From Syntrophaceae bacterium (GTDB lineage: Bacteria > Desulfobacterota > Syntrophia > Syntrophales > Smithellaceae): a DNA stretch of 43,887 nt. Numbering within the stretch: position 1 is the first letter of the stretch; the number at the start of each line of letters is the position of its first letter. Positions 36,828 to 43,887 of the stretch are shown here, one piece after another. Position numbers and translations under genes: made by a program. Location: NCBI GenBank assembly GCA_016928765.1, contig JAFGKC010000036.1:1-43887 (forward strand). The letters are read 5' to 3'. A model generated the notes under the pieces. It did not search any database. It was not told the origin of the DNA and worked only from the letters and a program-made list of their open reading frames with translations.

Positions 36828-37544
36828 TTAACCCCTTGTAATTGAATGCAAAAATACTTCGATTGCGTTAAGGCAGGCTTGCGGTTCGGCCTGTAAAATA
36901 AAGTGCGGCGCGTCAATTATTTTAATTTCCACAAAAGGCCCGATTTTTTTGATTTTTTCGGCGCAGGAGGCGGGAACCAGCCGGTCATTGAGCGCTTGAA
37001 GGTAGCAGCAGGGAATTTTTATCTTTGCAAGCCATGTGGTTACGTCAACCTCGTTAATAATTTTAAGCCGGTGCTGCATGACTCGTGCGGGAACCTTCGC
37101 GTGAACTTTTTTCCAAAGAGGCTTTAGCTTATCAATTAGCTTATCATCCCCGATGACGAATCTAAAAAAACGTTTTGGCATTTCCGGTTTGATAAGCAGG
37201 GGAAAACGCAAAAAGCGCATCACGCGCCAGACAACCGGACGCGGCGATTTCGCGAAAGTCGCGCACAAAATCAGCGCCTTGGCTTTGACGCGGCCTGAGC
37301 CGATCATTGCAATAGCCACCGGGCCGGAAAAAGATTCGGCAATAACAATGGGCGGCTCGCCCGGGGGAATCTGCGCGGCGGCGCACTCGACAGTTTCATC
37401 AAACGAAAGAAGCTTGTCGGTTGGATAGCGGATAATAGTGACTTTCGCATCTCGCGGCAGAAAAGGCAAAACGGGGTCAAAAGACAATCCCGTGCCGTCC
37501 ATGCCGGGCATAAAAACCAAATGCTGGTTGCGCGAAAAAGACAT
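36828..37544 (-). CDS. alpha/beta-fold hydrolase
   Basis: FMPGMDGTG start and nucleophile elbow AESFSG. About 240 aa. Confidence 0.65.
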   Translation of the reverse strand: MSFSRNQHLVFMPGMDGTGLSFDPVLPFLPRDAKVTIIRYPTDKLLSFDETVECAAAQIPPGEPPIVIAESFSGPVAIAMIGSGRVKAKALILCATFAKSPRPVVWRVMRFLRFPLLIKPEMPKRFFRFVIGDDKLIDKLKPLWKKVHAKVPARVMQHRLKIINEVDVTTWLAKIKIPCCYLQALNDRLVPASCAEKIKKIGPFVEIKIIDAPHFILQAEPQACLNAIEVFLHSITRG

Positions 37545-37553
37545 TTTTAAAAG

Positions 37554-37760
37554 CTAGCGCCTGAAAAAGTTTATTAATATAGTGATGACGATACTCAACA
37601 AAATCATGGAGACGATGGGAATAAATATTTTGCCGCGCTCGGTCTCTATCCGGATATCACCCGGTAGTTTGCCGAACCAGTTTATAAGCCACCGGGCGAA
37701 GTGATAAATAAGCCCCATGGCAATTAAAATTATTCCCGCGATGATCAGCCAGCGCGCCAT
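37554..37760 (-). CDS. DUF2905 family small membrane protein
   Basis: 68 aa, two TM segments, and a central GKLPGDI motif typical of the family. Confidence 0.75.
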   Translation of the reverse strand: MARWLIIAGIILIAMGLIYHFARWLINWFGKLPGDIRIETERGKIFIPIVSMILLSIVITILINFFRR

Positions 37761-37774
37761 TCCATGCTCTTAAT

Positions 37775-39490
37775 TTATTCATTCATCTCGTATTCGCCGT
37801 TTAAGGCAAACACATATTTCTTCCAGACGCGGCTGTACTGGGCATCGTCTCCCTGCGCCTTGATCAGCATGATTTCTTTGCAGTAGGCGCGTTGTTCATC
37901 TTTGGTGTTGTGCATCCCGTAAATCTGTAAGGCGAAGCGCGAAAAGTCACGCACCATAAAGTCAAATATCTGGTTGAGGATGTCCGGATCAAGATTATCA
38001 AATTTTGCCTGTTCCAAAATAAGCTGGCCATAAACTACTATGGAAAACATTTCTCCCAGCGGCAGAGAAAACAGCGGATCCATATCCTGCGCCTTGTCCG
38101 GCCCAGCCTTTTCCAGTAATTCCTTGAAAAGCTTTATCTGAGAGATGAAGATGGCGACATTCGGCAGATTTTTATTTGCTTCAAAGACCGGCTTATAATC
38201 ATGGAACTGGACACTGCCCAAGCCCTTGGTTGGCCCTTGATTGAACAGGAAAAGATCATCTTTGGCGGCTAAATCCGGCGCGACCGGTGTGTATTCCTTG
38301 GGGTTAAAAAAGTAATTCTTCATGAACTTGCGGATAAGCTGGACATTGACATGAACCGTGCCTTCCAGTTTGGACGGCCCCCGAACATCGGATGCGGCCA
38401 GCGAAAAATAAGTATCTTTTTCAAACCCTTTGGCGGCAATCACTTCCCACAGCAGATTTACCACTTCTTCGGCCTGCAGGGTAACTTTCATCTTACTGGT
38501 GGGATTGTAGAGCAGATAACGGCGGTCATCGGCGCTGGCGTTGCGGAAATAATCAGTGGCGCGCCGCTGATAAAGCTTCATCCCCACAATGCGCAGCCAA
38601 GCGTCCATAAAATTTTTCTTCACGTGCGGCATGTCGGTTACCGGCAGGCCGTAGAGAATACGGTTGGTCGCGTGCGTTATTGATTCATAAAAACAATGTT
38701 CGGTGATGCCGATGGAACCGGGGCCGATGTTGAATTTGCCGATGTTTACGGTGTTGAGCGATGAATCCCAGGCGTGCGAGCCGCGAGAAAGAATGTCATC
38801 CTCTGTAATCGGATAATCATGCAGCGCAAAGTTGGAAACATATTGCTGGTGAGAAACAACGTTCTTTTTGAGTTCATAGGCTTTGTGATGAAAGTTGGTG
38901 ACAAAAAAAGTGTAGTCATCCGTGCCGTCCTTGATTTTCCCCAGCGTGGAAACCATTTCCGCTTCGTTACCGTTGCCGATATAATATTTTTCACCATTGG
39001 CTACCCACGTGCCGTCAGGTTTTGGCGTTAGTGTTGTTTCGGTAGAATAAATGTCCGCGCCGTGTGTGCGCTCGGAAAGGCCGAAGGCGAAGATTGCGCC
39101 TTTTTTAAGAAGTTCGGCCGCCTTCTTTTTTGCTTTTTCATTAGGGCTCATCCAGATCGGGCCCAATCCCAAAATGCTCACCTGAAAGCAATACCAGTAA
39201 CCCAGGCCGTAAAAAGCCAGAAGCTCGGAAAATTCGCTGTTGCGGGCAGTGTCCCAGCGGCAGTCCGTATCGCCGCCGCCGTACTGGCTGGGGGTGAGCA
39301 GTTTTGCAAAGATTTGTTCTTTAGCGATAAAATCGACAAATTCTCGGTACCAGACTTTTTTATTGAAGTCTTCCGTGATTTTGGTTTTGCCCATTTTCTC
39401 GAAGAAGGCGATGGTTTTGTCCATTATGGATTTAGAGCCGGTATCAGACATCAGACTTTTGTACTTTTTTGGCTGAATCAAATAATTCAT
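37775..39490 (-). CDS. long-form acyl-CoA dehydrogenase family protein
   Basis: 571 aa. ACAD middle-domain pattern (FGLSERTHGADI...GEKYYIGNGN) and a helical C-terminal extension. Confidence 0.75.
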   Translation of the reverse strand: MNYLIQPKKYKSLMSDTGSKSIMDKTIAFFEKMGKTKITEDFNKKVWYREFVDFIAKEQIFAKLLTPSQYGGGDTDCRWDTARNSEFSELLAFYGLGYWYCFQVSILGLGPIWMSPNEKAKKKAAELLKKGAIFAFGLSERTHGADIYSTETTLTPKPDGTWVANGEKYYIGNGNEAEMVSTLGKIKDGTDDYTFFVTNFHHKAYELKKNVVSHQQYVSNFALHDYPITEDDILSRGSHAWDSSLNTVNIGKFNIGPGSIGITEHCFYESITHATNRILYGLPVTDMPHVKKNFMDAWLRIVGMKLYQRRATDYFRNASADDRRYLLYNPTSKMKVTLQAEEVVNLLWEVIAAKGFEKDTYFSLAASDVRGPSKLEGTVHVNVQLIRKFMKNYFFNPKEYTPVAPDLAAKDDLFLFNQGPTKGLGSVQFHDYKPVFEANKNLPNVAIFISQIKLFKELLEKAGPDKAQDMDPLFSLPLGEMFSIVVYGQLILEQAKFDNLDPDILNQIFDFMVRDFSRFALQIYGMHNTKDEQRAYCKEIMLIKAQGDDAQYSRVWKKYVFALNGEYEMNE

Positions 39491-39701
39491 TTTTCGCTCC
39501 TGTGATTAACACATTTTTAAGTTTATTTTACGCTGCGTAAAGAACGCTACCCGGCAGTTTCTTCAGGGCAATTTACGCTATTTTTAGTAAAAGAGCTACT
39601 TCTTTGAAAATCATCAAAAATAAAGTAATAATTTCTGATAGGCTGAAACAAAAAGTTAAAGTTAATTACAGCAAAAACCACTTGACTTTATTAATCAAAT
39701 G

Positions 39702-39729
39702 TTTAACCATTCGGTTAAACCAACTGGTT
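39702..39729. promoter_or_regulatory. candidate TetR operator(s) in the divergent acyl-CoA dehydrogenase / tetR intergenic region
   Basis: Perfect palindrome TTTAACC-ATTC-GGTTAAA (39702-39719), immediately followed by the near-palindrome AACCAACTGGTT (39718-39729). Confidence 0.4.
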
Positions 39730-39780
39730 GAATATAGAGATGGCTTCCCCTAGCGTAAGCGAAATTCGCCATGACTAGAT

Positions 39781-40434
39781 GTGCAAAGGAGTAAAGGCTT
39801 GTTTAGAAGGAAAACAGACATAAATAATCCCGGCAAGACGGCGGAAAAAATTTTAACCGCGGCGCGAAAAACGTTTGCCGAACACGGCTACAGCGGCACG
39901 CATGTGGATGAAATCGCGCGGCGCGCCGGCGTGAACAAAGCCACTCTTTATTACCAGATCGGCGATAAGGACACGCTCTACGCTAATGTTCTTCACCAGG
40001 TGTTGGGTAATATCGCCGAGAGAGTCTCTCAATCCGTAGCCCAGGAGAAAACTCCCGAAGAAAAACTCAGAGCATATATTTTATTTATCGCTGATGCCGT
40101 CGATAAGAATCCGGAGTTGCCGCCGATTATGATGCGTGAAGTTGCCTCCGGCGGAACGCATTTGCCACAGGTTGTTGCCGAAGACATAGCGTCAGTTCTA
40201 ACTGTTTTGCTGGAAATTCTGGAAGAGGGTAAAGAGCAAGATGTTTTTAATGATGTTGTGCCGTTTCTGGTTCACGCGATGATTATGGGCTCGATTCTCA
40301 TTTTTAAAATGGGCGCGCCGATTAAGGACAGGCAGATGTGGCTTCCCGATGATCTAAAGTCCCGCGATAAAAAATTGCCCGGAACTATCGGCGAAGAAGT
40401 AGCAAAGATGGTGCTCAAGGCGGTGAAAAAGTAA
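39781..40434 (+). CDS. TetR/AcrR family transcriptional regulator
   Basis: N-terminal HTH (AARKTFAEHGYSGTHVDEIARRAGVNKATLYYQIGDK). The start may be the TTG at 39799, 7 nt after AAGGAG. Confidence 0.88.
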   Translation: MQRSKGLFRRKTDINNPGKTAEKILTAARKTFAEHGYSGTHVDEIARRAGVNKATLYYQIGDKDTLYANVLHQVLGNIAERVSQSVAQEKTPEEKLRAYILFIADAVDKNPELPPIMMREVASGGTHLPQVVAEDIASVLTVLLEILEEGKEQDVFNDVVPFLVHAMIMGSILIFKMGAPIKDRQMWLPDDLKSRDKKLPGTIGEEVAKMVLKAVKK

Positions 40435-40448
40435 TCATCACCTGAATT

Positions 40449-40473
40449 GTCATACCGGCTACTCCGGCATGAC
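40449..40473. repeat. GTCAT-type REP-like hairpin between tetR and the efflux genes
   Basis: GTCATACCGG-CTACT-CCGGCATGAC. Confidence 0.5.
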
Positions 40474-40513
40474 GATAAGTAATTTTAACGAATGAAATAA
40501 ATAAGAGGAAGCA

Positions 40514-41341
40514 ATGCTGAAAAAAAGAATTATTATTATTTCTTTTATCGTTCTTTTTGTGAGTGTGGGGTTGTTTGTCTATTACGGCCAGAAAAAAAAC
40601 CGCGCGGGAGAGCTATTTTATTCCGGAACGATCGAGGCCACGCAGGCCAAGCTTTCTTTTCAGGTGCCGGGACGCGTGGCAAAGGTGAATTATCAGGAAG
40701 GCCAAACCGTAAAAAAGGACGAATTAATCGCCGAGCTGGATAGGGCGGAACTCGAAGCGCGATATGGGCAGGCCAAGGCATTAGCTCAATCCGCGTCGGA
40801 TACACTCGTCAACGCGCGGAAAAATTACAGGCGCTTTGAAGAACTATTTAAAAAAGGCGTTGTTTCCGAAAAAGAAAGAGATAATTTAAAGCTTAATTAT
40901 GAGATAGCGCAGTCAAAACTCGCCGAAACTCAATCTTTGCTGAAACAGGCGTCTGTTTATCTGGACTATACGCGGTTAAAATCACCGATGGACGGTGTTA
41001 TTACCAGCCGCAATATTGAGCCGGGTGAAACCGTGACAGCCGGGCGCGAAGTAATTACGGTTTCCGAGCTATCCAAAGTGGAATTAAAAATATTTGTTGA
41101 GGAGACACAAATCGGCAAAATCCGTCCCAATCAGAAAGCCGAGGTGAAGATAGATACTTTTCCCGATAAAGTTTATGAAGGGACTGTTTCTTACATTTCA
41201 TCCGAAGGCGAATTCACGCCCAAAATAATTCAGACCAAAAAAGAAAGGGTGAAGCTGGTGTATCTTGTCAAGGTGACGATAGAAAACCCCAATTTTGAAC
41301 TCAAAACAGGAATGCCCGCCGACGCCGTGCTCAAACCATAA
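40514..41341 (+). CDS. HlyD-family efflux adaptor (YbhG-like)
   Basis: N-terminal TM segment, a coiled-coil region, LKSPMDGVITSRNIEPGETV and a C-terminal GMPADA motif. Confidence 0.85.
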   Translation: MLKKRIIIISFIVLFVSVGLFVYYGQKKNRAGELFYSGTIEATQAKLSFQVPGRVAKVNYQEGQTVKKDELIAELDRAELEARYGQAKALAQSASDTLVNARKNYRRFEELFKKGVVSEKERDNLKLNYEIAQSKLAETQSLLKQASVYLDYTRLKSPMDGVITSRNIEPGETVTAGREVITVSELSKVELKIFVEETQIGKIRPNQKAEVKIDTFPDKVYEGTVSYISSEGEFTPKIIQTKKERVKLVYLVKVTIENPNFELKTGMPADAVLKP

Positions 41342-41346
41342 AGGAG

Positions 41347-42126
41347 GTGGTGATGGCCGCAAAGCTTTCCGCTTCCCCGCCGTTGGTATCCGTCAATGAT
41401 GTTTCCATGCGCTTTAACCAGATTGAAGCGCTTAAGGATATTTCTTTTCAGGTAGCAGCGGGCAGCATCTTCGGGCTGGTTGGCTCCGACGGAGCGGGCA
41501 AATCAACTCTTTTGCGGCTTGTCGCCACGATGATAAAACCATCACAGGGTGAGATTTATGTGGATGGTTTTAATGTGGTCACCGAAAGAAGGAAAGTTAA
41601 AAATATCATCGGCTATATGCCGCAGCGCTTTGGCCTTTATCAGGATTTGACCGTTGAAGAAAATATGGACTTTTTCATGGATATCTTCAACATCCCCCGC
41701 GCCGAGAGAAAAATAAGAAAAGAAAAATATCTGGGATTTTCCAATCTGCTTCCGTTTATGGACAGATTCGCGGGCAATCTTTCCGGTGGCATGAAGCAGA
41801 AACTGGGGCTTGCCTGCGTTTTGGTGCACGAACCGAAAGTGCTGATTTTGGATGAGCCCACCAACGGTGTTGACCCAGTATCGCGTAGGGAATTTTGGGA
41901 AATACTCGAAAGTATGAAAAAAGAGGGTATGACCATACTAGTTTCCACCGCGTATCTGGATGAAGGGGAAATCTGCGATCAGCTCGCGCTTATGCATCAA
42001 TCAATTATTCTCGAAACAGCCAAGCCTAAAGTAATGCGCGGGAAGTTTGAAACGCTGGAAGAGGCCATCATCGAAAAAATAAAAGAAGTGGATAAGGAGA
42101 TTGCTCATGACACTTTCCAGCTCTGA
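41347..42126 (+). CDS. ABC transporter ATP-binding protein (first ATPase)
   Basis: Walker A GSDGAGKST, signature LSGGMKQK and Walker B LILDEP. The likely start is the ATG at 41353. Confidence 0.9.
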   Translation: MVMAAKLSASPPLVSVNDVSMRFNQIEALKDISFQVAAGSIFGLVGSDGAGKSTLLRLVATMIKPSQGEIYVDGFNVVTERRKVKNIIGYMPQRFGLYQDLTVEENMDFFMDIFNIPRAERKIRKEKYLGFSNLLPFMDRFAGNLSGGMKQKLGLACVLVHEPKVLILDEPTNGVDPVSRREFWEILESMKKEGMTILVSTAYLDEGEICDQLALMHQSIILETAKPKVMRGKFETLEEAIIEKIKEVDKEIAHDTFQL

Positions 42127-42862
42127 TTCCATTTCCGTTACCAATCTGGAAAAGAAATTCGGCGATTTTGTCGCGGTGAATAAAATCAGCTTTTCCGTGA
42201 AAAAAGGCGAGATCTTCGGTTTTCTGGGCGCGAACGGTTCGGGCAAATCCACGACAATACGGATGTTGTGCGGCATTATTACCCCTACTTCCGGCGTCGG
42301 CACGGTGGCAGGCCATGATATTGTAACCCAGCCGGAAGAAGTCAAACATTCGATCGGTTACATGTCGCAGAAATTTTCTCTTTATGAAGATTTAACACCG
42401 TTTGAAAACATGCGTTTTTATCTGGGCGTTTACAGCGTCGATCGGGAGCTTTGGAATGAACGCATTGACTGGGTATTGAAGATGACCAGGCTCCAGGACG
42501 CCCGCGACCGGTTGACAAAGGAACTGCCCCCCGGCTGGCGCCAAAGACTTGCCCTGGGCTGTTCGCTTTTGCACAAGCCCGATGTTTTATTTTTGGATGA
42601 GCCGACATCCGGCGTCGATCCGGTCACTCGCCGCCACTTCTGGAATTTTATCTCGCAAATCGCCCGAGAGGGAATCACTGTTTTTGTCACCACGCATTAC
42701 ATGGATGAAGCGCAGTTTTGTGAGCGTATTGTCATGATTAACGCGGGATCTATTGTCGCTTCCGGCACGCCGAAAGAAATTATTGCCGCCGCCTGCCCCC
42801 GTAGGCCTGCCGCCGATCTGAATGACGCTTTTATCGCGCTGATGTCGCGGAGGGAGAAATGA
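42101..42862 (+). CDS. ABC transporter ATP-binding protein (second ATPase)
   Basis: Walker A GANGSGKST, degenerate signature LPPGWRQRL and Walker B LFLDEP. The likely start is the ATG at 42107, after AAGGAGA. Confidence 0.9.
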   Translation: MLMTLSSSDSISVTNLEKKFGDFVAVNKISFSVKKGEIFGFLGANGSGKSTTIRMLCGIITPTSGVGTVAGHDIVTQPEEVKHSIGYMSQKFSLYEDLTPFENMRFYLGVYSVDRELWNERIDWVLKMTRLQDARDRLTKELPPGWRQRLALGCSLLHKPDVLFLDEPTSGVDPVTRRHFWNFISQIAREGITVFVTTHYMDEAQFCERIVMINAGSIVASGTPKEIIAAACPRRPAADLNDAFIALMSRREK

Positions 42863-43887
42863 ATCCCACACGATTAAAGGCCATTATCCGTAAAGAATTT
42901 TATCATCTTATCAGAGACTACCGCAGCCTTTATCTTGCTTTTGCCACTCCGCTGATTCTGATAATTCTTTTCGGTTACGCGCTCAGCCTCGATGTGGATA
43001 ATGTGGAAACGGTTGTAGTGGATTATGATAAATCTTCAATGAGCCGCGATTTCGCCCGAAAACTTAATGCTTCGCCCTATTTCAACATTACCGGCCATGC
43101 TTCCCGCACGGCTGATGCCATTGGTTATCTGGACAGTGACGCCGCCAAAGTGGTTATTGTAATCGGCCCCGCTTTTATGAAAAACCTGCAGGCAGACCGT
43201 GAAGCGCAACTGCAAATTTTAATTGAAGGAAGCGACCCGAACTTTGCCGGCATCATCCGCGGCTATCTGACCGCCTTTACCGAGCAGTATAATCAAAAAT
43301 TGCTTTTAGATTTTCTCAACCGACAGGGAATGGAAGCTATTCGTCCGCCGGTGGATGGCCGCATCCGCATCTGGTTTAACGAAGACCTGGAAAGCCGCAA
43401 TTTTATCATTCCCGGCATCATCGCCATTATTATAATGATTGTCGGCTCGCTTTTAACGTCGCTCATTATCGCGCGCGAATACGAAAACGGCACGATGGAA
43501 ACGCTCAAGTCGCTGCCGGTAAAAGCGGGCGAACTGCTTTTAGGTAAAGCGACTCCATATTTTTTCATCGGGTTTACGGATGTTTTAGTGGCGATGCTTT
43601 TGGGTCAGATTCTTTTCGGCGTGGTGATGAAAGGAAATTTTCTGCTTATGATGGTTGCCACTTCGCTTTATTTGTGCGTGGCGCTGGCGCTGGGACTGCT
43701 TATTTCCACCGCGACCAAATCTCAGCTTGTCGCCAATCAGATGGCGATACTGATTACCTATCTGCCGTCACTTTTGCTTTCCAATTTTGTTTTTCCGATT
43801 GTGAATATGCCGAAGATTCTGCAGATGATTACTTACATTGTTCCGGCAAGATATTACATCGATATTTTAGGCGGCATTTATCTGCGC
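42859..43887 (+). CDS. ABC-2 type permease (YbhS/YbhR-like), 3'-truncated by the window edge
   Basis: Not in the ORF track because it has no stop in the window. The ATG overlaps the preceding TGA (ATGA). The frame is open for 343 codons to the end of the window (MNPTRLKAIIRKEFYHLIRDYRSL...IAREYENGTMETL...). Confidence 0.85.
   Translation, partial: MNPTRLKAIIRKEFYHLIRDYRSLYLAFATPLILIILFGYALSLDVDNVETVVVDYDKSSMSRDFARKLNASPYFNITGHASRTADAIGYLDSDAAKVVIVIGPAFMKNLQADREAQLQILIEGSDPNFAGIIRGYLTAFTEQYNQKLLLDFLNRQGMEAIRPPVDGRIRIWFNEDLESRNFIIPGIIAIIIMIVGSLLTSLIIAREYENGTMETLKSLPVKAGELLLGKATPYFFIGFTDVLVAMLLGQILFGVVMKGNFLLMMVATSLYLCVALALGLLISTATKSQLVANQMAILITYLPSLLLSNFVFPIVNMPKILQMITYIVPARYYIDILGGIYLR

Noticed and set aside
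36734-36916. 60-aa minus-strand ORF.
   Set aside because: It overlaps the 3' end of the alpha/beta hydrolase gene in another frame and has no supporting signals.

Overview
43.9-kb bacterial chromosomal window. The backbone is roughly 50% GC by eye, and I saw no rRNA, tRNA, CRISPR array, integrase or transposase. Backbone genes are carB (broken by a 1-nt frameshift), queF, a SIMPL-domain protein, a UMF1-type MFS transporter, prfC, an MBL-fold hydrolase, typA/bipA and hsp20-lon. They continue with a phosphofructokinase and a 2920-aa cyclic beta-1,2-glucan synthase-like giant protein (GT84 plus GH94-type architecture). Further right are a DEAD-box RNA helicase, an NMO/FabK-like flavoenzyme, a YpfJ-type zinc peptidase, an alpha/beta hydrolase, DUF2905, a long acyl-CoA dehydrogenase and a TetR-HlyD-ABC-ABC-ABC2 efflux operon that runs off the right edge. 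The unusual part is two low-GC accessory blocks: about 1.6-4.8 kb on the minus strand downstream of carB, and 18.9-22.4 kb on the plus strand downstream of lon. In these blocks seven ORFs are each followed by the same ~56-nt repeat bounded by RYYYAAC ... GTTRRRY. These look like integron attC sites with no integrase in view (CALIN-like). The cargo includes a TIR-domain protein with an uncharacterised C-terminal domain next to an Rx4H HEPN-like protein; these two are the candidate defence cassettes. Other cargo is a lipocalin, a lipoprotein, membrane proteins, an SDR and a thioesterase. Two segments are bracketed by direct repeats that duplicate the 3' end of a housekeeping gene: hicBA (carB 3' end) and the 10.4-kb pfk plus glucan-synthase block (helicase 3' end). 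A GTCAT-terminated hairpin family (REP/MITE-like) is scattered through intergenic regions. All functional calls rest on motif recognition in the supplied translations; no database search was possible.
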